Positions 39,921 to 53,025 of a stretch of 64,000 nucleotides of DNA are shown piece after piece. This stretch comes from Pecten maximus (Eukaryota), in assembly GCF_902652985.1 (NCBI RefSeq), contig NC_047017.1, positions 24,986,001 through 25,050,000 of the forward strand, read 5' to 3'. A program made the position numbers and the translations under genes. Each line of letters starts with the position of its first letter. The first letter of the stretch is position 1. The notes under the pieces were generated by a model. The model did not search any database. It was not told the origin of the DNA and saw only the letters and a program-made list of their open reading frames with translations.

Positions 39921-42047
39921 TTTCTGTGAAATATGTTTTCATATTTCGCCCTCTCTTTATCGGTATTGTTAGACTTACGGTTTACGATTCAATGTTGAAA
40001 ATCTCTAGCTATTTTTCCCCACGACTCCATGGTTTGTCTCCTACCATTTGCATTCTTTTATGATTGGGTGCTTTATTAGAAAACAATTAAAAAAAAAAAA
40101 ATAATAATACAAATATAAGAAATGAGATTTATGTTTTTAACATTCACGAGTTCATAAAAACATTGGCTTGGGGACATAATACATTAATCACGTTAGCGAT
40201 TCGTGGTAAATATGTCCGGAAAATACATTCATTTAATGAAGAATCTGACAATTCATGCTGTATGAAATATTTATCGCGTACTTTTTCACGTGTATGATAT
40301 AAAATCATGTATATACTGATCTATTTATACTTAGATACTATATATATACTTTTTTGATAAGTTCAAATGGAGAACTTTATTGAATTTCCAGGTGCCAGCT
40401 GTGTGTTTCTGTCACCGGTCGGATAGAGAGTTCATTGAAGAGTAACTCACTTTACTACTATTCTGTTCCATCACCAGTGTTTATTCAACTCCTCACCTTT
40501 CCCGAATCCATCACGGCATCACAATAGGCAAACTTAGACAATGGAAAAAGGATTTATGTCTCATTATACCCGTGTTGACGACGATGAATCGTATTTCAGG
40601 TCATTTCACTGAACTTTTATCACTGAAATACTCCAATCATTCAGCTAGCATAATTAGATCTTACAACTAATTCTATTGATTCAATTTTCGAAGAACTTGA
40701 AAATGTCATTTGCAATGTCCGACCTTCCCGTATCGGTAATTTCACACAGATACGGACGAGATAGTAAAAGGTTATCCATGTTGTCTAGAGTAAGAAGCAT
40801 CCTTCAGTATCAGGTTTAGGTTATTCATACACCATATGGAGTTGATTTCAAACACTGCATTTTCATTTTCCGATCTTATCTACGCGATAGCGGACTGATA
40901 CTAAAGAAAACTTTTGTATATAGCAATTAGCCTTGTTCTTCCGCTCGGGCATTCGCCGAGTGTCAATCACTGTCTCGTCACACTTCAAACAGATTGACAG
41001 GTGTTGAGTGGTCATTTTCTCGTTCACAGGTCAAACGATTTGTTTACTTCTCCAACTACGCACTTTACACGTGAGCAGATATGTTGCTTCTGAAGTTTCA
41101 GCATCAAACCAATCTAGAGGGTAATTTTGGTATATTTTTATCAGTCATCTTCAAGAGTCAACGTGACTAGATTGTATATATATCCTTCGTGTTGACGGAG
41201 ACTTTAAACCTAAATTATAACCGGTTATCATCATTCACTTATTAAGTATAAAGTGCACGTACTTGAAATTGTTGGGTGCCAGCGGACGTTGAAAGCTTGA
41301 TTAGTCAAATCAGATATCATCAATTTGTATATTATCTTATCTGTAGGCGTCGCCCCTCCCTTAGTATAAAGTAGTGCAAAAAGGGACGGATCCCCTTAAT
41401 TACCGGCTATCTTTGGTCTATCCCAGTCATAGACGCTGGGCAATCAAGTTGGAGTTGATAGTCTTGTATAAGTTCTAACGAAGGTAATTCTACTCATGCA
41501 CTATCCTGGTATCATATTACAGATAATTATACACACGGAAGTGGTGCCGGGGATTAATAGAACCTGGTAGGGGGGATGCCAACGAAATTAATTCGACATG
41601 TAGTACATCCAGATAGCATTGTCGATATACTAATTGACATGAAAAACAAAATAACGCCCATTGACTTTTTGTCGAAAATTCTAATTTCCGTTTCAAATCC
41701 GTGATAATTTTAACTTGGAAAATAAAAACATTGTTTAGAAGATCTGCGATACTTACGTGAAAAATTATATGTCCAGCTTCCAGAGAAACGACTCTAAAGT
41801 TGAATACATTAATTTCAATAATACCTTAAATTGTTTTGTGTTTTCATTGTCATTATCGTAATTAAGGAGATACTGACGATTGTTTTCCGCCAATTCGTTT
41901 TATTGTACCGATCATGATTACCTATCGATTTTCATTTTCAACATGTTAACATATCAATTTAAGCAAACGATGTTTTCGTTAAGAAGTATCGTACATCCTA
42001 TCACAATCATGATTTTTTATGTGTTTGAATAAATGTTGGAGAATCAA

Positions 42048-44205
42048 TTGATTTAGTGATATTTTTACCCAAATGTTGACCCAACACATACAATGTACAT
42101 AAAGATAGAGAAAGTGTTTACCAAAACATTTACCCAACATATAGATAGAGTAAGAGTTAACTCAAACATTTACCCAACATATAGATAGAGTAAGAGTTAA
42201 CTCAAACATTCACCCAACATATAGATAGAGTAAGAGTTAACTCAAACATTCACCCAACATATAGATAGAGTAAGAGTTAACTAAAACATTTACCAACATA
42301 TAGATAGGGTAAGAGTTAACTCAAACATTTACCCAACATATAGATAGGGTAAGTGTTTACCAAAACATTTACCCAATATATAGATAGAGTAAGAGTTAAC
42401 TCAAACATTTACCCAACATATAGATAGGGTAAGTGTTTACCAAAACATTTACCCAACATATAGATAGAGTAAGAGTTTACTCAAACATTTACCCAACATA
42501 TAGATAGAGTAAGAGTTAACTCAAACATTTTCCCAACATACAGATAGGGTAAGTGTTTACCAAAACATTTACCCAACATATAGATAGAGTAAGAGTTAAC
42601 TCAAACATTTTCCCAACATACAGATAGGGTAAGTGTTTACCAAAACATTTACCCAACATATAGATAGAGTAAGAGTTAACTCAAACATTTACCCAACATA
42701 TAGATAGGGTAAGTGTTTACCAAAACATTTACCCAACATATAGATAGAGTAAGAGTTTACTCAAACATTTACCCAACATATAGATAGAGTAAGAGTTAAC
42801 TAAAACATTTACCCAACATATAGATAGGGTAAGTATTTACCAAAACATTACCCAACATATAGATAGAGTAAAAGTTAACTCAAACATTTACTCAACATAT
42901 AGATAGAGTAAAAGTTAACTCAAACATTTACCTAACATATAGATAGAGTAAGAGTTAACTCAAACGTTTACCAACATATAGATAGAGTAAGTTAACTCAA
43001 ACGTTTACCAACATATAGATAGAGTAAGAGTTAACTCAAACATTTACCAACATATAGATAGAGTAAGAGTTAACTCAAACATTCACCCAACATATAGATA
43101 GAGTAAGAGTTAACTCAAACATTCACCCAACATATAGATAGAGTAAGAGTTAACTAAAACATTTACCAACATATAGATAGGGTAAGTGTTTACCAAAACA
43201 TTTACCCAATATATAGATAGAGTAAGAGTTAACTCAAACATTTACCCAACATATAGATAGGGTAAGTGTTTACCAAAACATTTACCCAACATATAGAGAG
43301 AGTAAGAGTTTACTCAAACATTTACCCAACATATAGATAGAGTAAGAGTTAACTCAAACATTTTCCCAACATACAGATAGGGTAAGTGTTTACCAAAACA
43401 TTTACCCAATATATAGATAGAGTAAGAGTTAACTCAAACATTTACCCAACATATAGATAGGGTAAGTGTTTACCAAAACAATTACCCAACATATAGATAG
43501 AGTAAGAGTTTACTCAAACATTTACCCAACATATAGATAGAGTAAGAGTTAACTCAAACATTTTCCCAACATACAGATAGGGTAAGTGTTTACAAAAACA
43601 TTTACCCAACATATAGATAGAGTAAGAGTTTACTCAAACATTTACCCAACATATAGATAGAGTAAGAGTTTGCCTTACGTATAGATGGAAATAGAGTTTA
43701 TCCAAACATTTACCTAATATAAGAATGATTAAGTGTTTACCTTAAGTGTTGATTTAGCGATATTTTTACCAAAATGTTGACCGAACACATACAATGTACA
43801 TAAAGATAGAGAAAGTGTTTACCAAAACATTTACCCAACATATAGATAGAGTAAGAGTTAACTCAAACATTTACCCAACATATAGATAGGGTAAGTGTTT
43901 ACCAAAACATTTACCCAACATATAGATAGAGTAAGAGTTAACTCAAACATTTACCCAACATATAGATAGGGTAAGTATTTACCAAAACATTTACCCAACA
44001 TATAGATAGAGTAAGAGTTAACTCAAACATTTACCCAACATATAGATAGAGTAAGAGTTTGCCTTACGTATAGATGGAAATAGAGTTTATCCAAACATTT
44101 ACCTAATATAAGAATGATTAAGTGTTTACCTAAAGACTTACCAAACATATAAATAGAGTGAGTGTTAACCTAAACATTTACCCAACATATAGACAGAGTA
44201 AGTGT
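42048..44205. repeat. 40-bp satellite with two variant monomers and duplicated flanks
   Basis: Unit aaacatttacccaacatatagatagagtaagagttaactc, alternating in places with the variant ...gggtaagtgtttacca. Confidence 0.97.
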
Positions 44206-44651
44206 TCTCTACGGACAACGTATTTCAGTCTATTGCATGTACTTGATTTATGTCATTTTGCTTTAAATGACAGCCCATTGGCGAATATACATGTACATGG
44301 AATTATATACCGCTATAGTTTTAACGTACATTCAATACATATGATAATGCACGTAATCTCATGAAAATTGGAAAAATAAAAATTATCTATCTATCTATAG
44401 CATTTTGATTTTCCTATTGTTTAAAAAAAATGAGTAAATCATCTCATAATCCGAAAGAAATTCAAGAACTAGCAGCCGTGTTGTTCATTAGGGTCATTCG
44501 GTACCCGGATGTAGAATAATACAGGTACGTTACAATACATCTATCATTCCACGTACTGTTTGACTTGTTTATAATGATTCTTCTACGTCACTCGCCGTGC
44601 ATCGTACAGAAACACCCTAACTGGAAAAGCCAATGCCATATTCTAAAGGTT

Positions 44652-44811
44652 CAGTGACGGATCTAAACGGCCTTTGTGTGTGTGTATTCGAGAATTGCCT
44701 CATTTGTTGGTTAAACTATAGTGTTAGCAACTCAGCTCTCTCTAATAACAAACTTCACCCCACCAGGCGAAAATCTTCTTTGTGATTGGTTACGCATTGT
44801 ATCCGCTCATG
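44652..44811. mobile_element. Possible degraded small MITE
   Basis: Ends cagtgacggatcta and tgtatccgctcatg are weak inverted repeats; no target-site duplication seen. Confidence 0.25.
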
Positions 44812-47800
44812 CGTGATGGCTTGTGAGTACATGAACTCACACTGTTTACGTTTTTGGTTTTTTTCTGTTGTATTTAGCAAACATATGACGTAAACACGAT
44901 TTTCAACAAAAAAAGACTTTTTTAAGTCTATTGTTTCAATGAATTTAATCCATATGTATCTGGTTTCACGTGTAGTATCATGGAAACTAAGGTGTAGGCG
45001 TATATTGTACGTACGACTGGAAACACATGTTTATCGCTCAATTTAACTCGCTGATCAAATCGGCTTCAGGATATCCATGTCTGAGATAGGCCCTACAAAA
45101 TGCATAATCGCCTGGTTCCTGGCCTGAGATAGACCGGAAAAATGAGCGTTTATATCCTATACTGATATAGACCCCACAAAATACACCATCCAAAATTTCC
45201 GATTTTGCGCGGATAGCCCAAGGCTGCATTCGTTGTCAATGCATCCTCACCACAAACACGTCGGCTGTCGTCTGCTGCATTTGTTATCGCATTCATAATT
45301 CCATTATTCACGGCGTAATCCTTTGTGCAAATTTCGTCGCCTTCTAATTATACCTAAATCATTACAAAAGAGTCCAATTTTAACGCAGTCCAGTCGATAA
45401 TACAAATGTGCACGCGGTGAACTCGTAGATGTATCTGCTTGATGTTTCTCTGTAATTTAATCAGGGATTACTCGATGTCTTATCTCACTCGAAACGTGTT
45501 ATAATCGCGAGCTTCATCAGTGTAACAATTAATGTAGTTTCCCACTAATTCTGAGATAGCATATCGCGTGTAGTACCGGGTAAGGTAACATAAATAAATG
45601 ACACATTACAAAAAAGGTAAACAAATTAATGGCAACACGTGCTACCTCACTAATTATTCCCAAACGCGCTGGTAATATACTTATATTTCTTAAGACACAT
45701 TTCAAGAAGAAATCTATTTGAAAATCTTTTTTTTTCTTTTTCTTTTCTTTTCTGCTAATAATAACTTATTCTGTCTTTGTAAATATAACACCAAATACCC
45801 TTTGAAACATAATTAATCGGTTTGTATATAACTTGCAACTTGGCGGTTATAGTATTCTTTCTCGGGTATCCTTGCTACTCCGTATTAGAAGACAAATGCA
45901 ATTAACTTCATCCAAAGGGCTCCTTGTTTTTCTTCCCTTCATTTTTCGCCATGACGTAGCCGGTTCCTAATTAGAGTAAATTAACCGTTCTTCGAGGAAC
46001 AAGAGTAAAGCTGTATATTGGAACAAAGTTCTAGACCATGCTTATTTCTTCTGGCAATGATATTGCTACACAGTTGGATATATTTAGGCTATAAATCTGC
46101 TTTTATTTTCCACGCGTATGTAATCTTTCATTGTTATTTTGTAAAACCTATTCAGCTTCTGGGCTAATCAGGAAATCGAAAATTCTCTCCGGAGTTGATA
46201 TATTCAAATTGCTTATGTCTCGTATATAGGTGCATTGTAGGTACACATACATATGTATGCACATTTCGCTGGAACAGAATTTCTCCCTAGAGAACTGCCA
46301 CAACAGCCAAAGTCAATTAAACTTTGCCATTTGCATTGGAAATTAGACCGACTTTGTAGGATACAATATCTACTTGTAACACGACAGAGGACTACTTACA
46401 CCAACCTGTATTCCTCCGAGAGATAACCAAGCCACACGTCCACGGTACAGTGGCCTTTATAAAGGATAAAATCATCAAGTTCCAGCGATTGATCATGCAT
46501 TCATTATTGGCTCCAAAAATAGATTCTTTAGTCCTAAAATCGGCTTCGTATCTTAAACGAATAGAGATCACAAGGCGTAAATCTTGAATAATGACAATAT
46601 GAAGAGGTCCTAGCTTCGGAACAAAAGAATATGGATGTCGGACAAATAGGAACTGTATATTGCGGTGTTCAATAGGACGGCTGGAAACATTTGATCACGG
46701 GCGAGGCTATCGGAGAGATCAACGGTAATGGTGCATACATGCATTGGCGTCTTATATAACTAAACAAATGTAGTTTGGATACCTACACCATAGTCTGACG
46801 AAGCATTCGACATCCCGTGGGACCATTATCCCTGATTAGGTAGACACAATAAACCAGCATGTTAGTACGTCGCTACAAAATGTGAATCTGTAGAAATGTA
46901 ATGGAATGTAAAGTTAATTTCAGTTCGACATCTTTCCAGATACAAACTAATGCATATCTCGATTGAAATTTAAAATTATGTTATCAAGAAAACGAAAAAG
47001 CTTTTAAAATAATCAAATTCAACAAAACAATGAAACTTCAACAGAGCACTAGAGGATATCTTTTGGAGAAAGAAAAAACGGGAAAATGAGTTAATCTAAA
47101 ATAGAACACATAAAGCGATTGCTGATACTGTAGATGAATCTTTATCGAATCAACACTTTAATTAATTTCACCCACAAAGATACGATAGATGCTATGTAGC
47201 TTGACCTCCTGTCCCCAGAATGTAAAAATTATCAATAAAATTGAGCTTTATTAATTTGGGCGCTTGGATATGTCTGATTCTACTGGAGGATATAATCCGG
47301 CATTAGGATTTAGCTGAACAATTCTTAATGAAAAATGTAGTGGCTGGTAGGGGCTGGTGGTCAGTCTAGATGCTGCGATCCTTTACTCTCTGTTTGTTTT
47401 CAAGAAATTTCTTATTCATCTAGATCGGAAAAAATATTAATAATATGTAAAAATGAATATACCACTCGGTATGTGTATTATTACCAGGAAGGCTTTCAAG
47501 AACTTGCATGTGTGCGTTACTTGGGCTGAATTTTCTATGTATTTCTATCGAGAATGAACTTCCTTCCTTACAGACAGATTAATCAACATTGTTTTACTGC
47601 AATGCTTTACTCTACATCTGCGTGTTAAGACTATTGTCCATTTTCAATAATTGAATAACCATGTACCATTTACCGATAGATTGCGTAGTTTAACTCGTCT
47701 AGATGGTATAAGACAAAGGGCACCGTCAGTCTGATTAATATCAAGATATGTACATGCAAACTTAACGCTATCTGCGTCAACTCGGCGAAAAATTTCCCCA

Positions 47801-49688
47801 AAAGCGGGATAACAGAAGGGTATGGAAACATATCTCGCAGTAATATAAAACATCTTTATGACATTATCACAAGATGATTTTCGTCAGATATGGAGCTTCC
47901 TCCCTGCCTCGGGTGTTTCCGCCAGTGTACGGAGTGGGTAAAACCGTCAGCCTTAGGACAGTATCATCATCTGAACAGAAATATCTTCTTTTTAAACTCA
48001 TAGAAGAGCAGTGTGATAATTGCCGTATGATATAAGGATTAATGGATTTCGTGTTGTAGAGAATTGCATAAGGCTGACTCAACTCTGGCCTAAGGCGAAG
48101 GAAAGACACACTGATGGCGCATCATAGAAAAACGGAACACTTTCGTGTGATAAAATATTCATGTTATAATGTTCTTTTCCTTCCGGTCGTATAATTATAT
48201 AGCTCTGCTACTTCTTTTAGGTTTTAATTTCAATAAAACCTTTTCAAAACCTTTTTTTTCAATATCCCTTTCATAGGTGTATTATGATAACCTAATACCG
48301 ATTACATTGCCCGAGGTTTCCGTTCCCGATTCCATTAAATGTACGAAAAAGGTCATAACATGTGTAATTATCACCTAATTGTGATGAAATCTTAAAGGTA
48401 ATTAGGTAATGAAAGTCGTAGAGTTATTTAGAAGCAGTATTGAAAAGAATGTGTAAGACATTTTCTGGCTTTATTGAATTTTAAAATAATCCTGCGGGAG
48501 TTCAATTGATTCAAGAGTCGCTACGATACGTACACTGTCACGATTGCATAAAATTATAACCCCTGGAGATCACAACCGCTATGATTAAAACAATACTTAC
48601 TCGATTTTTATAACCGCGGTTCAGTTAAAAGAAAATAAATTGGAATAGATATATCAATATAATAACCGAGCATGTTAAAAGTAGGGTTTTCAATATCACT
48701 CCATAGAAGATAAATAAGGAAGAATTTGTATAAACAGAAAAAAAAGAAGATAGATTTGTCTGCAACATTTTATGTATTTTAAATGACACAATCGCCTGTT
48801 AAACGTATGCTCTTATGTGTACAATTGTATCAATTATATAGTCAATCAATTGCAGACTCCTAGAAAAGAGAATGCAAGTTTGATGTCTGTAATATAGATA
48901 AATACGTTTTTAAAACCAAAATGACACATTGGAATCGGGATGCATGTTGCGTGTGAAAACATAAAGGACTGCGTTCCACAAACGACTACATCAAAGTCAC
49001 GGTTTCCTTTGGAAGTTTTAAGATTGTATATTTAAGCATAAATCGATGAGTTTCTTTATGTAAGCACTATGCAGCAAAATATCATCATGGGGGGTTTTAC
49101 AATAAGAGGCTTAGTCAATATGTTTCAGTGTGTCATTCCCACTGACGGGAGGTTGCCGTAATCCTACGTCCGTGATCACGTGTTATATTTACACTACATT
49201 TATAAATTGAATAAGCAGATCTACTCCGAGAAAAGAAACATTTCATCCAACATCGTTTTACTTCCTTACCCGGGTATCCTTCCGATTTGTTAATGCACTA
49301 GTAAATGGTATATGACGTCCAACCTTTTAAAGGAATGCTGTGTGCAGTTTTCAATATTCATGATGTCATGACGATATGCGTTTCTGGACGTAATCCATGA
49401 TTCGCGTTAGGGACTCTTAGAAAATGTGTTGCTATTATTATTCAATATTATGATATATTTAAACTAAAACTTGACAATTTTTATTTCTGGCGCTTTTATC
49501 TTTTAATGACGTCAGATAGATCACATTTTTCCAGGGTAAAATGTCAGACAATTCGTCATACGGTCATAGAAACAAGTCTAGCAATTACTCGAGCAAAAAT
49601 GAATTTCAATCAACATGCACATTTTTTAATTTTGAAATCTTTACCGTTTAATGTTACGCTTGTTAATGGTAACATTTGTTACGACATA

Positions 49689-50342
49689 CGAGGGATGATT
49701 GATATGTTGTGAGCCTCGTATTGAAGGAGGTTCTCAATGACGTTCTATATAGGGCCGTGTACCTAAGGACTGGTCTCATTTGGTTAATTTATATCAACGA
49801 GGTAGCACTCTAAAGTAAACATGACAAGCGGCTTTTGCAAAATGGACAAAATCGGTGAAAGAGCAGTGATCCGATATTTGCATAAAAATAAGTTCTAACA
49901 TCTAAGGATATCCATAATTATATGGTAGCAACAATATGGAAAGATGCCCTTTCATATGCTACAGTGAAAAGGTGTGTCCGGACAATGCTCCTGTTCACAA
50001 GTCTGTCATTGCCATGGCTGTCATTCACGATTGTGGCTTTAAATTGAATGAATATCCGCCTTATTCATCTAATTTCACTCCATCAGACTTTCATCTATTT
50101 CCAAACCTGAAAACAGCTATCTCAGGCACCCACTTTCAATCCGATGATGACGTCATACATGCAGTGGATGACTTTCTGAACAGCCCAGAAAAGAAGTTCT
50201 GTAAAAGTAGCATTGATGCCCTTAAACACCACAGGCAAAAGTGTATAGATACTGAAGAGGATTGTGTTGAAAAATAATACAATATTTCCGGCAAAATTCA
50301 AATCCTTCAATATGAGGCTCACAACATATTTATTTGCCCTCG
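49689..50342 (+). mobile_element. Internally deleted mariner (Tc1/mariner, D,D34D) transposon
   Basis: TIRs cgagggatgattgatatgttgtgagcctcgtattgaagga and tccttcaatatgaggctcacaacatatttatttgccctcg, with TA on both sides; transposase remnants inside. Confidence 0.95.
49842..50277 (+). pseudogene. Mariner transposase pseudogene (N-terminal HTH fused to C-terminal catalytic part)
   Basis: MDKIGERAVIRYL...DIHNYMVAT/YGKDALSYATVKR (frameshifted) joined to DNAPVH...YSSNFTPSDFHLFPNLK...KCIDTEEDCVEK*. There are 34 residues between the last two catalytic aspartates. Confidence 0.92.
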
Positions 50343-50829
50343 TATAATCTAAAGTTGCTATGGCGATTTTTTCAAACTTTTACAACAAACTTAGGTGACG
50401 TCAACCCGTGATCTACGTAAAAAGTATTTCACAAATGGCGTTGAAATAAGACGATATTGTTAGTGATATTCTATGGTAGGTCCAATGTATATACGTATCG
50501 TAATATATCGTAACTACTTTGGTGATCCAAATAGATTTAATGCCATGTGTTCTTATCATCTGATCATGTCTTATTGTGGTCGTAAGGGCAAATGTAGTTT
50601 AGTTTAAAAGTGACTATATCAATTGATCACCTAAGGTTTCGGTCATTTATATAGGCTGAGATAACAAACTTATATTGTCCTATGTTAATAGCCTTAACGT
50701 ATGCAACAATTGTTTTGCGCGGTACTTTTAAGACCAAGCGATTTTTATTTCTTGAGTTAAAACTTAAAATGTAATCATGAAATAGCATAGCATTATATTC
50801 CATCTTTGTATCTTCACCAGGAACCAACA

Positions 50830-51365
50830 CATCATGACTTTAGTGTCATTTCAAGGATCGAACATAGTCTGACACTCTGTATAGTCTTTGGTGTCAACAG
50901 CAGGGTGCAACATTGGTTGACACTCTGTGTTGTATTTGGTGTCATCACTATGGTCCAACCTAGTCTGACACTCTGTGTTGTATTTGGTGTCATCACTAGG
51001 GTCCAACATAGTGTGACACTCCGTGTCACCGGTAAGATCCGATATAGTTTGACACTCTGTGTTGTATTTGGTGTCACCACTATGGTCCAACATAGTCTGA
51101 CAGTCCGTGTTGTATTTGGTGTCATCACTATGGTCCAGCATAGCCTTACACTCCATGTCGTCTTTGGTGTCATCACTATGGTCCAACATAGTCTTACACT
51201 CCGTGTTGTATTTGGTGTCACTACTAGGATCCGACATAGTCTGACACTCCGTGTTGTCTTTGGTGTCTTCACTTGGGTCCAACATATTCTGGCTTTCGTG
51301 TTGTCTTTGGTGTCATCGATCAATATAGTCCTACATAGACTGACACTTCTTGTTGTATTTGGCGC
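50830..51365. repeat. 48-bp tandem minisatellite (~11 copies)
   Basis: Unit ccaacatagtctgacactctgtgttgtatttggtgtcatcactatggt; source of the 16-aa periodic ORFs. Confidence 0.93.
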
Positions 51366-51409
51366 CAACTGATCATCATCATTCAATGCTGCCATCTGAT
51401 GGCTTCGTT

Positions 51410-52590
51410 GTTAGTACATGAGCATGGTAAAAATACTGAACGCTATCAACAACGTTTTATTGCTGGCTTGAGTGGTTGTTCAACTAAGCCTTTATAAAAC
51501 TTTCTACCATTCTTCGTTCAATTAAGTCAGGACTGCAGTCCTAGTGGGATTCTGTTTACTGCAGAAATAGAGTCAATGGTTTGTGGATTGTGAAAAATTC
51601 CAAAGATCTTTTTATTAATCTTGAACATTCGCTGCTAAAGAACGTTTCTTTCATCCATTTTTCTACTCTATACGTACACTACCTTTCCCAATTCAAATTT
51701 AAGGTGTGCCTTTCATCTCTTGTTATGGCAGCTTTCTTTTCCAAGAAAGGCAAATGGCGTAAACAGTAAACAGTTACGAACTCTACGGAATCTTATTTCC
51801 TAAACCATATACGGCCAATATAAAATCGTAAGAATAATTTAATTTTTTTTGAGTTGGTGACGAGAGGTGACAAGAGGTGACGAGAGCTTACAACAGACTA
51901 TTGAAATACCCGTGGGAACAAACTACTTCTGTTGGCTGACGTGTTTTCATACAAAGTTGATTATATTGATGTTTTGAGCTGATCAAAACAGGTACATTAT
52001 TGTAACACAGACATTGAAAAGTCCTTCAAGTTCATCTAAAGATATTGTATATCGACGATGTGTTATCTTCAAATAACAAAACCTTTATTGGCCATGTCGA
52101 TATAATATATCGTGTGGAACTTGAAATCAAAGATACCACAGACTCCTCAACAGCAGTCGCATACCTCGATGTTTTCTCGCAACGTTACCAATAGGGACAG
52201 CTTACAACTATGATGTATGATAATCGCGATGATTTAAATTTTCCAGTTGTCAATTTTCCCTTTCTAGAAAGTAACATTACTTCATCCCCCACCAATGGTA
52301 TTTACATATCCTGATTCGATATATAAGATTGTTTACCCATTTTCACGATTTCCGTGACAGATGTCGACTATCGATAATATTATATTTCCTTATGAGATAT
52401 GAAAATTGTTTGTTGTTGATATGCCTAGTGGTTCCGTTGTCACCACCCTGATTCTCATTTGAGACCGTCACTTAACCCAGATTTGATTTAGATTTGTATG
52501 ATGTGTGTTGTCGATAAAACAGAAGACGTTTCTTCTTCCGGAGCATCTGGTCGTATTATCTTTGTACTTTTTTATGAGTCTCCATCCAGA
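51410..52590 (+). pseudogene. Penelope-like retroelement reverse transcriptase relic, 5'-truncated, with 3' tail
   Basis: Ordered motifs RYQQRFIAG..CSTKPL, LWIVKNSKDL, FSTLY, IPVGTN, then YIDDVLSSNN (52048)...ELEIKDTTDSSTAVAYLD...YDNRDDLNFPVVNFPFLESNITSSPTNGIYIS. Multiple stops and frameshifts; tail at 52503-52552. Confidence 0.92.
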
Positions 52591-52605
52591 TATACAAAAA
52601 AATGT

Positions 52606-53025
52606 ATATATATATATATTATCATTACATTTTTACCAGTGTAATATCGAAAAATATTCATTCAATAAAAGTGATATTTTTCACTAGTGAAAAATATCAC
52701 TTTTTCTGATTGGACCAATCAGAACACTGCTTACAAACGACAAGGGGGTGGAGGGATTAAGAATGGCATATAGCTCTCCGTCATATTATATGACGTCATA
52801 CTGCAAGATAGAATGCATAACGTCATGATTTGGCGTACATTTGTGAGCCGTTGACACGGGACCGAAATGAATTCTGGGAGAGATCGAGCTATCTCGGTAT
52901 ATTTTGCTATAAGATGTAATAAACAGAATATTCATATTTCACTCGTGAGGCAAATATTTTGATATTTTCACTCGTGCGTAATATATTCGCTATTACTGAA
53001 GACACTGTTAGATATCCTCTATATA
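52606..53025. mobile_element. Unclassified non-autonomous element inserted in the Penelope tail at a (TA)n site
   Basis: Bounded by (TA)n on the left and atatcctctatata on the right. Contains a perfect 38-bp palindrome (52667-52704), ctgattggaccaatcag and two ttcactcgtg repeats. Tail-like sequence appears to resume after it. Confidence 0.55.

Noticed and set aside
46900-46920. miR-1-like tggaatgtaaag (also partial miR-278 and miR-33 matches at about 2775 and 46230)
   Set aside because: Only partial matches and no precursor hairpin.
47875-48035. Short + strand ORF containing YGVGKT (P-loop-like)
   Set aside because: 53 aa, incomplete Walker A spacing, no other support.
50806-51395. 188, 187 and 144-aa ORFs resembling membrane or acidic repeat proteins
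   Set aside because: They coincide exactly with the 48-bp minisatellite, are open on both strands, and have no supporting gene structure.
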